From contig OZ024744.1 in assembly GCA_964016885.1 (NCBI GenBank), positions 5,828,001 through 5,892,000 on the forward strand: 64,000 bases of DNA, given 5' to 3'. Positions 15,001-30,000 of the stretch are shown here, one piece after another. This DNA comes from Eledone cirrhosa. Taxonomy: Eukaryota. Every line of letters begins with the position of its first letter. The first letter of the stretch is position 1. Made by a program: the position numbers and the translations under genes. Below the pieces are notes generated by a model that was not told where the DNA came from, searched no databases, and was given only the letters and a program-made list of their open reading frames with translations.

Positions 15001-18000
15001 TTGGTGGTAGTAGTAATGATGGTAGTAGTAGTAATGTTGGTAGTAGTAGTAATGTTGGTGGTAGTAGTAATGTTGGTGGTAGTAGTAATGTTGGTGGTAG
15101 TAGTAATGTTGGTGGTAATAGTAATGTTGGTGGTAGTAATGTTGGTGGTAGTAGTAATGTTGGTGTAGTAGTAATGTTGGTGGTAGTTGTAATGTTGGTG
15201 GTAGTAGTAATGTTGGTGGTAGTAGTAATGTTGGTGGTAGTAGTAATGTTGGTGGTAGTAGTAATGTTGGTAGTAGTAGTAATGTTGGTGGTAGTAGTAA
15301 TGTTGGTGGTAGTAGTAATGTTGGTGGTAGTAGTAATGTTGGTGGTAGTAGTAATGTTGGTGGTAGTAGTAATGTTGGTGGTAGTAGTAATGTTGGTGGT
15401 AGTAGTAATGTTGGTGGTAGTAGTAATGTTGGTGGTAGTAGTAATGTTGGTAGTAGTAATGTGGTGGTAGTAGTAATCTTGGTAGTAGTAGTAATGTTGG
15501 TGGTAGTAGTAATGTTGGTGGTAGTAGTAATGTTGGTTGTAGTAGTAATGTTGGTAGTAGTATTAATGTGGGTGGTAGTAGTAATGTTGGTGGTAGTAGT
15601 AATGTTGGTGGTAGTAGTAAATGTTGTTGGTAGTAGTAATGTTGGTGGTAGTAGTAATGTTGGTGGTAGTAGTAATGTTGGTGGTAGTAGTAATGTTGGT
15701 GGTAGTAGTAATGTTGGTGGTAGTAGTAATGTTGGTGGTAGTAGTAATGTTTGTGGTAGTAGTAATGTTGGTAGTAGTAGTAATGTTGGTGGTAGTAGTA
15801 ATGTTGTTGGTAGTAGTAATGTTGGTGGTAGTAGTAATGTTGGTGGTAGTAGTAATGTTGGTGGTAGTAGTAATGTTGGTGGTAGTAGTAATGTTGGTGG
15901 TAGTAGTAATGTTGGTTGTAGTAGTAATGTTGGTAGTAGTAGTAATGTTGGTAGTAGTAGTAATGTTGGTGGTAATAGTAATGTTGGTGGTAGTAGTAAT
16001 GTTGGTGGTAGTAGTAATGTTGGTGGTAGTAGTAATGTTGGTGGTAGTAGTAATGTTGGTGGTAGTAGTAATGTTGGTGGTAATAGTAATGTTGGTGGTA
16101 GTAGTAATGTTGGTGGTAGTAGTAATGTTGGTGGTAGTAGTAATGTTGGTGGTAGTAGTAATGTTGGTGGTAGTAGTAATGTTGGTGGTAGTAGTAATGT
16201 TGGTGGTAGTAGTAATGTTTGTGGTAGTAGTAATGTTGGTGGTAATAGTAAAGTTGGTAGTAGTAGTAATGTTGGTGGTAGTAGTAATGTTGGTGGTAGT
16301 AGTAATGTTGGTAGTAGTAATGTTGGTGGTATTAGTAATGTTGGTGGTAGTAGTAATGTTGGTGGTAGTAGTAATGTTGGTAGTAGTAGTAATGTTGGTA
16401 GTAGTAGTAATGTTGGTGGTAGTAGTAATGTTGGTGGTAGTAGTAATGTTGGTGGTAGTAGTAATGTTGGTGGTAGTAGTAATGTTGGTGGTAGTAGTAA
16501 TGTTGGTGGTAGTAGTAATGTTGGTAGTAGTAGTAATGTTGGTGGTAGTAGTAATGTTGGTGGTAATAGTAATGTTGGTGGTAGTAGTAATGTTGGTGGT
16601 AGTAGTAATGTTGGTGGTAGTAGTAATGTTGGTGGTAATAGTAATGTTGGTGGTAGTAGTAATGTTGGTGGTAGTAGTAATGTTGGTGGTAGTAGTAATG
16701 TTGGTAGTAGTAGTAATTGTGGTGGTAGTAGTAATGTTGGTGGTAGTAGTAATGTTGGTAGTAGTAGTAATGTTGGTGGTAGTAGTAATGTTGGTGGTAA
16801 TAGTAATGTTGGTGGTAGTAGTAATGTTGGTGGTAGTAGTAATGTTGATGGTAGTAGTAATGCTGGTGGTAATAGTAATGTTGGTGGTAGTAGTAATGTT
16901 GGTGGTAGTAGTAATGTTGGTGGTAGTAGTAATGTTGGTGGTAGTAGTAATGTTGGTAGTAGTAATGTTGGGGCAGTAGTAATGTTGGTAGTAGTAGTAA
17001 TGTTGGTGGTAATAGTAATGTTGGTAGTAGTAGTAATGTTGGTAGTAGTAGTAATGTTGGTGGTAGTAGTAATGTTGGTGGTAGTAGTAATGTTGGTGGT
17101 AGTAGTTATGTTGGTGGTAGTAGTAATGTTGGTGGTAGTAGTAATGTTGGTGGTAGTAGTAATGTTGGTAGTAGTAGTAATGTTGGTGGTAATAGTAATG
17201 TTGGTGGTAGTAGTAATGTTGGTGGTAGTAGTAATGTTGGTGGTAGTAGTAATGTTGGTAGTAGTAGTAATGTTGGTGATAATAGTAATCTTGGTGGTAG
17301 TAGTAATGTTGGTGGTAATAGTAATGTTGGTAGTAGTATTAATGTTGGTGGTAGTAGTAATGTTGGTGGTAGTAGTAATGTTGGTAGTAGTAGTAATGTT
17401 GGTAGTAGTAGTAATGTTGGTGGTAGTAGTAATGTTGGTGGTAGTAGTAATGTTGGTAGTAGTAGTAATGTTGGTAGTAATAGTAATCTTGGTGGTAGTA
17501 GTAATCTTGGTGGTAGTAGTAATGTTGGTGGTAGTAGTAATGTTGGTGGTAGTAGTAATGTTGGTGGTAGTAGTAATGTTGGTAGTAGTAGTAATGTTGG
17601 TAGTAGTAGTAATGTTTGTGGTAGTAGTAATGTTGGTGGTAGTAGTAATGTTGGTGGTAGTAGTAATGTTGGTGGTAGTAGTAATGTTGGTGGTAGTAGT
17701 AATGTTGGTGGTAGTAGTAATGTTGGTGGTAGTAGTAATGTTGGTGGTAGTAGTAATGTTGGTGGTAGTAGTAATGTTGGTGGTATTAGTAATGTTGGTA
17801 GTAGTAGTAATGTTGGTGGTAGTAGTAATGTTGGTAGTAGTAGTAATGTTGGTGGTAGTAGTAATGTTGGTGGTAGTAGTAATGTTGGTGGTAGTAGTAA
17901 TGTTGGTGGTAATAGTAATGTTGGTGGTAGTAATGTTGGTGGTAGTAGTAATGTTGGTGGTAGTAGTAATGTTGGTGGTAGTAGTAATGTTGGTGGTAGT

Positions 18001-21000
18001 AGTAATGTTGGTGGTAGTAGTAATGTTGGTAGTAGTAATGTTGGTGGTAGTAGTAATGTTGGTAGTAATAGTAATGTTGGTGGTAGTAGTAATGTTGGTA
18101 GTAGTAGTAATGTTGGTAGTAGTAGTAATGTTGGTGGTAGTAGTAATGTTGGTGGTAGTAGTAATGTTGGTAGTAGTAGTAATGTCGGTGGTAGTAGTAA
18201 TGTTTGTGGTAGTAGTAATGTTGGTGGGAGTAGTAATGTTGGTGGTAGTAGTAATGTTGGTAGTAGTAGTAATGTTGGTGGTAGTAGTAATGTTGGTGGT
18301 AGTAGTAATGTTGGTAGTAGTAGTAATGTTGGTGGTAGTAGTAATGTTGGTGGTAGTAGTAATGTTGGTGGTAGTAGGAATGTTGGTGGTAGTAGTAATG
18401 TTGGTGGTAGTAGTAATGTTGGTGGTAGTAGTAATGTTGGTAGTAGTAGTAATGTTGGTGGTAGTAGTAATGTTGGTGGTAGTAGTAATGTTGGTGGTAA
18501 TAGTAATCTTGGTGGTAGTAGTAATGTTGGTAGTAGTAGTAATGTTGGTGTAGTAGTAATGTTGGTGGTAGTAGTAATGTTGGTAGTAGTAATGTTGGTG
18601 GTAGTAGTAATGTTGGTAGTAATAGTAATGTTGGTGGTAGTAGTAATGTTGGTGGTAGTAGTAATGTTGGTAGTAGTAGTAATGTTGGTAGTAGTAGTAA
18701 TGTTGGTGGTAGTAGTAATGTTGGTGGTAGTAGTAATGTTGGTAGTAGTAGTAATGTTGGTAGTAGTCATGTTGGTGGTAGTAGTAATGTTGGTGGTAGT
18801 AGTAATGTTGGTGGTAATAGTAATGTTGGTGGTAGTAGTGATGTTGGTAGTAGTAATGTTGGTAGTAGTAGTAATGTTGGTAGTAGTCATGTTGGTGGTA
18901 GTAGTAATGTTGGTGGTAGTAGTAATGTTGGTGGTAATAGTAATGTTGGTGGTAGTAGTAATGTTGGTGGTAATAGTAATGTTGGTGGTAGTAGTAATGT
19001 TGGTGGTAGTAGTAATGTTGGTGGTAGTAGTAATGTTGGTGTAGTAGTAATGTTGGTGGTAATAGTAATGTTGGTGGTAGTAGTAATGTTGGTGGTAGTA
19101 GTAATGTTGGTGGTAGTAGTAATGTTGGTGGTAGTAGTAATGTTGGTGGTAATAGTAATGTTGGTGGTAGTAGTAATGTTGGTGGTAGTAGTAATGTTGG
19201 TGGTAGTAGTAATGTTGGTGGTAGTAGTAATGTTGGTGGTAGTTGTAATGTTGGTGGTAGTAGTAATGTTGGTGGTAGTAGTAATGTTGGTGGTAGTTGT
19301 AATGTTGGTAGTAGTAGTAATGTTGGTGGTAGTAGTAATGTTGGTAGTAGTAATGTTGGTGGTAGTAGTAATGTTGGTGGTAATAGTAATGTTGGTGGTA
19401 ATAGTAATGTTGGTGGTAGTTGTAATGTTGGTGGTAGTAGTAATGTTGGTGGTAGTAGTAATGTTGGTGGTATTAGTAATGTTGGTGGTAGTAGTAATGT
19501 TGGTGGTAGTAGTAATGTTGGTAGTAATAGTAATGTTGGTGGTAGTAGTAATGTTGGTGGTAGTAGTAATGTTGGTGGTAGTAGTAATGTTGTTGGTAGT
19601 AGTAATGTTGGTGGTAGTAGTAATGTTGGTGGTAGTAGTAATGTTGGTGGTAGTAGTAATGTTGGTGGTAGTTAGTAATGTTGGTGGTAGTAGTAATGTT
19701 GGTGGTAGTAGTAATGTTGGTGGTAGTAGTAATGTTGGTGGTAGTAGTAATGTTGGTGGTAATAGTAATGTTGGTGGTAGTAGTAATGTTGGTGGTAATA
19801 GTAATGTTGGTGGTAGTAGTAATGTTGGTGGTAGTAGTAATGTTGGTGGTAGTAGTAATGTTGGTGGTAGTAGTAATGTTGGTGGTAGTAGTAATGTTGG
19901 TGGTAATAGTAATGTTGGTGGTAGTAGTAATGTTGGTGGTAATAGTAATGTTGGTGGTAGTAGTAATGTTGGTGGTAGTAGTAATGTTGGTGGTAGTAGT
20001 AATGTTGGTGGTAATAGTAATGTTGGTGGTATTAGTAATGTTGGTGGTAGTAGTAATGTTGGTGGTAGTAGTAATGTTGGTGGTAATAGTAATGTTGGTG
20101 GTAGTAGTAATGTTGGTGGTAGTAGTAATGTTGGTGGTAGTAGTAATGTTGGTGGTAGTAGTAATGTTGGTGGTAATAGTAATGTTGGTGGTAGTAGTAA
20201 TGTTGGTGGTAGTAGTAATGTTGGTGGTAGTAGTAATGTTGGTGGTAATAGTAATGTTGGTGGTATTAGTAATGTTGGTGGTAGTAGTAATGTTGGTGGT
20301 AGTAGTAATGTTGGTGGTAGTAGTAATGTTGGTGGTAATAGTAATGTTGGTGGTAGTAGTAATGTTGGTAGTAGTAGTAGTAATGTTGGTGGTAGTAGTA
20401 ATGTTGGTAGTAGTAATCTTGGTGGTAGTAGTAATGTTGGTGGTAGTAGTAATGTTGGTGGTAGTAGTAATGTTGGTGGTAATAGTAATGTTGGTGGTAG
20501 TAGTAATGTTGGTGGTAATAGTAATGTTGGTAGTAGTAATCTTGTTGGTAGTAGTAATGTTGGTGGTAATAGTAATGTTGGTGGTAGTAGTAATGTTGGT
20601 GGTAATAGTAATGTTGGTGGTAATAGTAATGTTGGTGGTAGTATTAATGTTGGTGGTAGTAGTAATGTTGGTGGTAGTAGTAATGTTGGTGGTAGTAGTA
20701 ATGTTGGTGGTAGTAGTAATGTTGGTGGTAGTAGTAATGTTGGTGGTAATAGTAATGTTGGTGGTAGTAGTAATGTTGGTGGTAATAGTAATGTTGGTGG
20801 TAATAGTAATGTTGGTGGTAGTAGTAATGTTGGTGGTAGTAGTAATGTTGGTGGTAGTAGTAATGTTGGTGGTAGTAGTAATGTTGGTGGTAGTAGTAAT
20901 GTTGGTGGTAGTAGTAATGTTGGTGGTAATAGTAATGTTGGTGGTAGTAGTAATGTTGGTAGTAGTAGTAGTAATGTTGGTGGTAGTAGTAATGTTGGTA

Positions 21001-24000
21001 GTAGTAATCTTGGTGGTAGTAGTAATGTTGGTGGTAGTAGTAATGTTGGTGGTAGTAGTAATGTTGGTGGTAATAGTAATGTTGGTGGTAGTAGTAATGT
21101 TGGTGGTAATAGTAATGTTGGTAGTAGTAATCTTGGTGGTAGTAGTAATGTTGGTGGTAGTAGTAATGTTGGTGGTAGTAGTAATGTTGGTGGTAGTAGT
21201 AATGTTGGTGGTAGTAGTAATGTTGGTAGTAATAGTAATGTTGGTGGTAGTAGTAATGTTGGTTGTAGTAGTAACGTTGGTGGTAGTTAGTAATGTTGGT
21301 GGTAGTTAGTAATGTTGGTGGTAATAGTAATGTTGGTGGTAGTAGTAATGTTGGTGGTAGTAGTAATGTTGGTAATAGTAGTAATGTTGGTAGTAGTAGT
21401 AATGTTGGTGGTAGTAGTAATGTTGGTGGTAGTAGTAATGTTGGTAGTAGTAGTAATGTTGGTGGTAGTAGTAATGTTAGTGGTAGTAGTAATGTTGGTG
21501 GTAGTAGTAATGTTGGTGGTAATAGTAATGTTGGTGGTAGTAGTAATGTTGGTGGTAGTAGTAATGTTGGTAGTAGTAGTAATGTTGGTGGTAGTAGTAA
21601 TGTTAGTGGTAGTAGTAATGTTGGTGGTAGTAGTAATGTTGGTGGTAGTAGTAATGTTGGTGGTAGTAGTAATGTTGGTGGTAGTAGTAATGTTGGTGGT
21701 AATAGTAATGTTGGTGGTAGTAGTAATGTTGGTAGAAGTAGTAATGTTGGTAATAGTAATGTTGGTGGTAATAGTAATGTTGGTGGTAGTAGTAATGTTG
21801 GTAGTAGTTAGTAATGTTGGTAATAGTAATGTTGGTGGTAGTAGTAATGTTGGTGGTAGTAGTAATGTTGGTAGTAATAGTAATGTTGGTGGTAGTAGTA
21901 ATGTTGGTAGTAGTAATGTTGGTAGTAGTAGTAATGTTGGTGGTAGTAGTAATGTTGGTGGTAGTAGTAATGTTGGTAGTAGTAATGTTGGTGGTAGTAG
22001 TAATGTTGGTAGTAGTAGTAATGTTGGTGGTAGTAGTAATGTTGGTGGTAGTAGTAATGTTGGTGGTAGTAGTAATGTTGGTAGTAATAGTAATGTTGGT
22101 GGTAGTAGTAATGTTGGTGGTAGTAGTAATGTTGGTGGTAGTAGTAATGTTGGTGGTAGTAGTAATGTTGGTGGTAGTAGTAATGTTGGTGGTAGTAGTA
22201 ATGTTGGTGGTAGTAGTAATGTTGGTGGTAGTAGTAATGTTGGTGGTAGTAGTAATGTTGGTAGTAATAGTAATGTTGGTGGTAGTAGTAATGTTGGTAG
22301 TAGTAATGTTGGTGGTACTAGTAATGTTGGTGGTAGTACTAATGTTGGTGGTAGTAGTAATGTTGGTGGCAGTAGTGATGTTGGTAGTAGTAGTAATGTT
22401 GGTGGTAGTAGTAATGTTGGTGGTAGTAGTAATGTTGGTGGTAATAGTAATGTTGGTGGTAGTAATGTTGGTGGTAGTAGTAATGTTGGTGGTAATAGTA
22501 ATGTTGGTGGTAGTAATGTTGGTGGTAGTAGTAATGTTGGTGGTAATAGTAATGTTGGTGGTAGTAATGTTGGTGGTAGTAGTAATGTTGGTGGTAGTAG
22601 TAATGTTGGTGGTAGTTGTAATGTTGGTGGTAGTAGTAATGTAGGTGGTAGTAGTAATGTTGGTGGTAGTAGTAATGTTGGTGGTAGTAGTAATGTTGGT
22701 GGTAGTAGTAATGTTGGTGGTAGTAGTAATGTTGGTTGTAGTAGTAATGTTGGTGGTAGTAGTGATGTTGGTAATAGTAGTAATGTTGGTGGTAGTAGTA
22801 ATGTTGGTGGTAGTAGTAATGTTGGTGGTAATAGTAATGTTGGTGGTAGTAATGTTGGTGGTAGTAGTAATGTTGGTGGTAATAGTAATGTTGGTGGTAG
22901 TAATGTTGGTGGTAGTAGTAATGTTGGTGGTAATAGTAATGTTGGTGGTAGTAATGTTGGTGGTAGTAGTAATGTTGGTGGTAGTAGTAATGTTGGTGGT
23001 AGTTGTAATGTTGGTGGTAGTAGTAATGTAGGTGGTAGTAGTAATGTTGGTGGTAGTAGTAATGTTGGTGGTAGTAGTAATGTTGGTGGTAGTAGTAATG
23101 TTGGTGGTAGTAGTAATGTTGGTTGTAGTAGTAATGTTGGTAGTAGTAGTAATGTTGGTGGTAGTAGTAATGTTGGTTGTAGTAGTAATGTTGGTAGTAG
23201 TAGTAATGTTGGTGGTAGTAGTAATGTTGGTGGTAGAAGTAATGTTGGTGGTAATAGTAATGTTGGTAGTAGTATTAATGTGGGTGGTAGTAGTAATGTT
23301 GGTGGTAGTAGTAATGTTGGTGGTAGTAGTAATGTTGGTGGTAGTAGTAATGTTGGTGGTAGTAGTACTGTTGGTAGTAATAGTAATGTTGGTGGTGGTA
23401 GTAATGTTGGTGGTAGTAGTAATGTTGGTGGTAGTAGTAATGTTGGTAGTAGTAGTAATGTTGGTAGTAGTAGTAATGTTGGTAGTAGTAGTAATGTTGG
23501 TGGTAGTAGTAATGTTGGCAGTAGTAATGTTGGTGGTAGTAGTAATGTTGGTAGTAGTAGTAATGTTGGTAGTGATAGTAATGTTGGTGGTAGTAGTAAT
23601 GTTGGTGGTAGTAGTAATGTTGGTGGTAGTAGTAATGTTGGTAGTAGTAATGTTGGTGTTAGTAGTAATGTTGGTGGTAGTAGTAATGTTGGTGGTAGTA
23701 GTAATGTTGGTGGTAATAGTAATGTTGGTAGTAGTAGTAATGTTGGTGGTAGTAGTAATGTTGGTTGTAGTAGTAATGTTGGTGGTAGTAGTAATGTTGG
23801 TAGTAGTAGTAATGTTGGTAGTAGTAGTAATGTTGGTTGTAGTAGTAATGTTGGTGGTAGTAGTAATGTTGGTAGTAGTAGTAATGTTGGTAGTAGTAGT
23901 AATGTTGGTGGTAGTAGTAATGTTGGTGGTAGTAGTAATGTTGGTAGTAGTAGTAATGTTGGTAGTAGTAGTAATGTTTGTGGTAGTAGTAATGTTGGTG

Positions 24001-27000
24001 GTAGTAGTAATGTTGGTGGTATTAGTAATGTTGGTAGTAGTAGTAATGTTGGTGGTAGTAGTAATGTTGGTGGTAGTAGTAATGTTGGTGGTAGTAGTAA
24101 TGTTGGTGGTAGTAGTAATGTTGGTGGTAGTAGTAATGTTGGTGGTAGTAGTAATGTTGGTGGTAGTAGTAATGTTGGTGGTAGTAGTAATGTTGGTGGT
24201 AGTAGTAATGTTGGTGGTAGTAGTAATGTTGGTGGTAGTAGTAATGTTGGTGGTAGTAGTAATGTTGGTGGTAGTAGTAATGTTGGTGGTAGTAGTAATG
24301 TTGGTGGTAGTAGTAATGTTGGTGGTAGTAGTAATGTTGGTGGTAGTAGTAATGTTGGTGGTAGTAGTAATGTTGGTGGTAGTAGTAATGTTGGTGGTAG
24401 TAGTAATGTTGGTAGTAGTAGTAATGTTGGTGGTAGTAGTAATGTTGGTAGTAGTAGTAATGTTGGTGGTAGTAGTAATGTTGGTGGTAGTAGTAATGTT
24501 GGTGGTAGTAGTAATGTTGGTGGTAGTAGTAATGTTGGTGGTAGTAGTAATGTTGGTGGTAGTAGTAATGTTGGTGGTAGTAGTAATGTTGGTGGTAGTA
24601 GTAATGTTGGTAGTAGTAGTAATGTTGGTGGTAGTAGTAATGTTGGTGGTAGTAGTAATGTTGGTGGTAGTAGTAATGTTGGTGGTAGTAGTAATGTTGG
24701 TAGTAGTAGTAATGTTGGTGGTAGTAGTAATGTTGGTAGTAGTAGTAATGTTGGTGGTAGTAGTAATGTTGGTGGTAGTAGTAATGTTGGTGGTAGTAGT
24801 AATGTTGGTGGTAGTAGTAATGTTGGTGGTAGTAGTAATGTTGGTGGTAGTAGTAATGTTGGTGGTAGTAGTAATGTTGGTGGTATTAGTAATGTTGGTA
24901 GTAGTAGTAATGTTGGTGGTAGTAGTAATGTTGGTAGTAGTAGTAATGTTGGTGGTAGTAGTAATGTTGGTGGTAGTAGTAATGTTGGTGGTAGTAGTAA
25001 TGTTGGTGGTAGTAGTAATGTTGGTGGTAATAGTANNNNNNNNNNNNNNNNNNNNNNNNNNNNNNNNNNNNNNNNNNNNNNNNNNNNNNNNNNNNNNNNN
25101 NNNNNNNNNNNNNNNNNNNNNNNNNNNNNNNNNNNNNNNNNNNNNNNNNNNNNNNNNNNNNNNNNNNNNNNNNNNNNNNNNNNNNNNNNNNNNNNNNNNN
25201 NNNNNNNNNNNNNNNNNNNNNNNNNNNNNNNNNNNGTTGGTGGTAGTAGGAATGTTGGTGGTAGTAGTAATGTTGGTGGTAGTAGTAATGTTGGTGGTAG
25301 TAGTAATGTTGGTGGTAGTAGTAATGTTGGTGGTAGTAGTAATATTGGTGGTAGTAGTAATGTTGGTGGTAGTAGTAATGTTGGTGGTAGTAGTAATGTT
25401 GGTGGTAGTAGTAATGTTGGTAGTAGTAGTAATGTTGGTGGTAGTAGTAATGTTGGTAGTAGTAGTAATGTTGGTGGTAGTAGTAATGTTGGTGGTAGTA
25501 GTAATGTTGGTGGTAGTAGTAATGTTGGTGGTAGTAGTAATGTTGGTGGTAGTAGTAATGTTGGTGGTAGTAGTAATGTTGGTGGTAGTAGTAATGTTGG
25601 TGGTAGTAGTAATGTTGGTGGTAGTAGTAATGTTGGTGGTAGTAGTAATGTTGGTGGTAGTAGTAATGTTGGTGGTAGTAGTAATGTTGGTGGTAGTAGT
25701 AATGTTGGTGGTAGTAGTAATGTTGGTGGTAGTAGTAATGTTGGTGGTAGTAGTAATGTTGGTGGTAGTAGTAATGTTGGTGGTAGTAGTAATGTTGGTA
25801 GTAGTAGTAATGTTGGTGGTAGTAGTAATGTTGGTGGTAGTAGTAATGTTGGTGGTAGTAGTAATGTTGGTAGTAGTAATGTTGGTGGTAGTAGTAATGT
25901 TGGTGGTAATAGTAATGTTGGTGGTAGTAATGTTGGTGGTAGTAGTAATGTTGGTGGTAGTAGTAATGTTGGTGGTAGTAGTAATGTTGGTAGTAATGTT
26001 GGTGGTAGTAGTAATGTGGTGGTAGTAGTAATGTTGGTGGTAGTAATGTTGGTGGTAGTAGTAATGTTGGTGGTAGTAGTAATGTTGGTGGTAGTAGTAA
26101 TGTTGGTGGTAGTAGTAATGTTGGTGGTAGTAGTAATGTTGGTGGTAGTAGTAATGTTGGTAGTAGTAGTAATGTTGGTGGTAGTAGTAATGTTGGTGGT
26201 AGTAGTAATGTTGGTGGTAGTAGTAATGTTGGTGGTAGTAGTAATGTTGGTAGTAGTAATGTTGGTGGTAGTAGTAATCTTGGTAGTAGTAGTAATGTTG
26301 GTGGTAGTAGTAATGTTGGTGGTAGTAGTAATGTTGGTTGTAGTAGTAATGTTGGTAGTAGTATTAATGTGGGTGGTAGTAGTAATGTTGGTGGTAGTAG
26401 TAATGTTGGTGGTAGTAGTAATGTTGTTGGTAGTAGTAATGTTGGTGGTAGTAGTAATGTTGGTGGTAGTAGTAATGTTGGTGGTAGTTAGTAATGTTGG
26501 TGGTAGTAGTAATGTTGGTGGTAGTAGTAATGTTGGTGGTAGTAGTAATGTTGGTGGTAGTAGTAATGTTGGTGGTAGTAGTAATGTTGGTAGTAGTAGT
26601 AATGTTGGTGGTAGTAGTAATGTTGCTGTAGTAATCTTGGTGGTAGTAGTAATGTTGGTAGTAGTAGTAATGTTGGTGGTAGTAGTAATGTTGGTGGTAG
26701 TAGTAATGTTGGTAGTAGTAGTAATGTTGGTAGTAGTAGTAATGTTGGTGGTAGTAGTAATGTTGCTGGTAGTAATCTTGGTGGTAGTAGTAATGTTGGT
26801 AGTAGTAGTAATGTTGGTGGTAGTAGTAATGTTGGTGGTAGTAGTAATGTTGGTGGTAGTAGTAATGTTGGTAGTAGTAGTAATGTTGGTGGTAGTAGTA
26901 ATGTTGCTGGTAGTAATCTTGGTGGTAGTAGTAATGTTGGTAGTAGTAGTAATGTTGGTGGTAGTAGTAATGTTGGTGGTAGTAGTAATGTTGGTGGTAG

Positions 27001-30000
27001 TAGTAATGTTGGTGGTAGTAGTAATGTTGGTGGTAGTAGTAATGTTTGTGGTAGTAGTAATGTTGGTGGTAATAGTAAAGTTGGTAGTAGTAGTAATGTT
27101 GGTGGTAGTAGTAATGTTGGTGGTAGTAGTAATGTTGGTAGTAGTAATGTTGGTGGTATTAGTAATGTTGGTGGTAGTAGTAATGTTGGTGGTAGTTAGT
27201 AATGTTGGTAGTAGTAGTAATGTTGGTAGTAGTAGTAATGTTGGTGGTAGTAGTAATGTTGGTGGTAGTAGTAATGTTGGTGGTAGTAGTAATGTTGGTG
27301 GTAGTAGTAATGTTGGTGGTAGTAGTAATGTTGGTGGTAGTAGTAATGTTGGTAGTAGTAGTAATGTTGGTGGTAGTAGTAATGTTGGTGGTAATAGTAA
27401 TGTTGGTGGTAGTAGTAATGTTGGTGGTAGTAGTAATGTTGGTGGTAGTAGTAATGTTGGTGGTAATAGTAATGTTGGTGGTAGTAGTAATGTTGGTGGT
27501 AGTAGTAATGTTGGTGGTAGTAGTAATGTTGGTGGTAGTAGTAATGTTGGTGGTAGTAGTAATGTTGGTAGTAGTAGTAATGTTGGTAGTAGTAGTAATT
27601 GTGGTGGTAGTAGTAATGTTGGTGGTAGTAGTAATGTTGGTAGTAGTAGTAATGTTGGTGGTAGTAGTAATGTTGGTGGTAATAGTAATGTTGGTGGTAG
27701 TAGTAATGTTGGTGGTAATAGTAATGTTGGCAGTAATAGTAATGTTGAAGGTAGTAGTAATGCTGGTGGTAATAGTAATGTTGGTGGTAGTAGTAATGTT
27801 GGTGGTAGTAGTAATGTTGGTGGTAGTAGTAATGTTGGTGGTAGTAGTAATGTTGGTAGTAGTAATGTTGGGGGCAGTAGTAATGTTGGTAGTAGTAGTA
27901 ATGTTGGTGGTAATAGTAATGTTGGTAGTAGTAGTAATGTTGGTAGTAGTAGTAATGTTGGTGGTAGTAGTAATGTTGGTAGTAATAGTAATGTTGGTAG
28001 TAGTAGTAATGTTGGTGGTAGTAGTAATGTTGGTGGTAGTAGTAATGTTGGTGGTAGTAGTAATGTTGGTGGTAGTAGTAATGTTGGTGGTAGTAGTAAT
28101 GTTGGTGGTAGTAGTAATGTTGGTGGTAGTAGTAATGTTGGTGGTAGTAGTAATGTTGGTGGTAGTAGTAATGTTGGTGGTAGTAGTAATGTTGGTGGTA
28201 GTAGTAATGTTGGTGGTAGTAGTAATGTTGGTGGTAGTAGTAATGTTGGTGGTAGTAGTAATGTTGGTGGTAGTAGTAATGTTGGTGGTAGTAGTAATGT
28301 TGGTGGTAGTAGTAATGTTGGTGGTAGTAGTAATGTTGGTGGTAGTAGTAATGTTGGTGGTAGTAGTAATGTTGGTAGTAGTAGTAATGTTGGTGGTAGT
28401 AGTAATGTTGGTGGTAGTAGTAATGTTGGTGGTAGTAGTAATGTTGGTGGTAGTAGTAATGTTGGTGGTAGTAGTAATGTTGGTGGTATTAGTAATGTTG
28501 GTAGTAGTAGTAATGTTGGTGGTAGTAGTAATGTTGGTAGTAGTAGTAATGTTGGTGGTAGTAGTAATGTTGGTGGTAGTAGTAATGTTGGTGGTAGTAG
28601 TAATGTTGGTGGTAATAGTAATGTTGGTGGTAGTAATGTTGGTGGTAGTAGTAATGTTGGTGGTAGTAGTAATGTTGGTGGTAGTAATGTTGGTGGTAGT
28701 AGTAATGTTGGTGGTAGTAGTAATGTTGGTGGTAGTAGTAATGTTGGTGGTAGTAGTAATGTTGGTGGTAGTAGTAATGTTGGTGGTAGTAGTAATGTTG
28801 GTAGTAGTAGTAATGTTGGTGGTAGTAGTAATGTTGGTGGTAGTAGTAATGTTGGTGGTAGTAGTAATGTTGGTGGTAGTAGTAATGTTGGTGGTAGTAG
28901 TAATGTTGGTGGTAGTAGTAATGTTGGTGGTAGTAGTAATGTTGGTGGTAGTAGTAATGTTGGTGGTAGTAGTAATGTTGGTAGTAGTAATGTTGGTGGT
29001 AGTAGTAATCTTGGTAGTAGTAGTAATGTTGGTGGTAGTAGTAATGTTGGTGGTAGTAGTAATGTTGGTTGTAGTAGTAATGTTGGTAGTAGTATTAATG
29101 TGGGTGGTAGTAGTAATGTTGGTGGTAGTAGTAATGTTGGTGGTAGTAGTAATGTTGTTGGTAGTAGTAATGTTGGTGGTAGTAGTAATGTTGGTGGTAG
29201 TAGTAATGTTGGTGGTAGTTAGTAATGTTGGTGGTAGTAGTAATGTTGGTGGTAGTAGTAATGTTGGTGGTAGTAGTAATGTTGGTGGTAGTAGTAATGT
29301 TGGTGGTAGTAGTAATGTTGGTAGTAGTAGTAATGTTGGTAGTAGTAGTAATGTTGGTAGTAGTAGTAATGTTGGTGGTAGTAGTAATGTTGCTGGTAGT
29401 AATCTTGGTGGTAGTAGTAATGTTGGTAGTAGTAGTAATGTTGGTGGTAGTAGTAATGTTGGTGGTAGTAGTAATGTTGGTGGTAGTAGTAATGTTGGTG
29501 GTAGTAGTAATGTTGGTGGTAGTAGTAATGTTTGTGGTAGTAGTAATGTTGGTGGTAATAGTAAAGTTGGTAGTAGTAGTAATGTTGGTGGTAGTAGTAA
29601 TGTTGGTGGTAGTAGTAATGTTGGTAGTAGTAATGTTGGTGGTATTAGTAATGTTGGTGGTAGTAGTAATGTTGGTGGTAGTTAGTAATGTTGGTAGTAG
29701 TAGTAATGTTGGTAGTAGTAGTAATGTTGGTGGTAGTAGTAATGTTGGTGGTAGTAGTAATGTTGGTGGTAGTAGTAATGTTGGTGGTAGTAGTAATGTT
29801 GGTGGTAGTAGTAATGTTGGTGGTAGTAGTAATGTTGGTAGTAGTAGTAATGTTGGTGGTAGTAGTAATGTTGGTGGTAATAGTAATGTTGGTGGTAGTA
29901 GTAATGTTGGTGGTAGTAGTAATGTTGGTGGTAGTAGTAATGTTGGTGGTAATAGTAATGTTGGTGGTAGTAGTAATGTTGGTGGTAGTAGTAATGTTGG

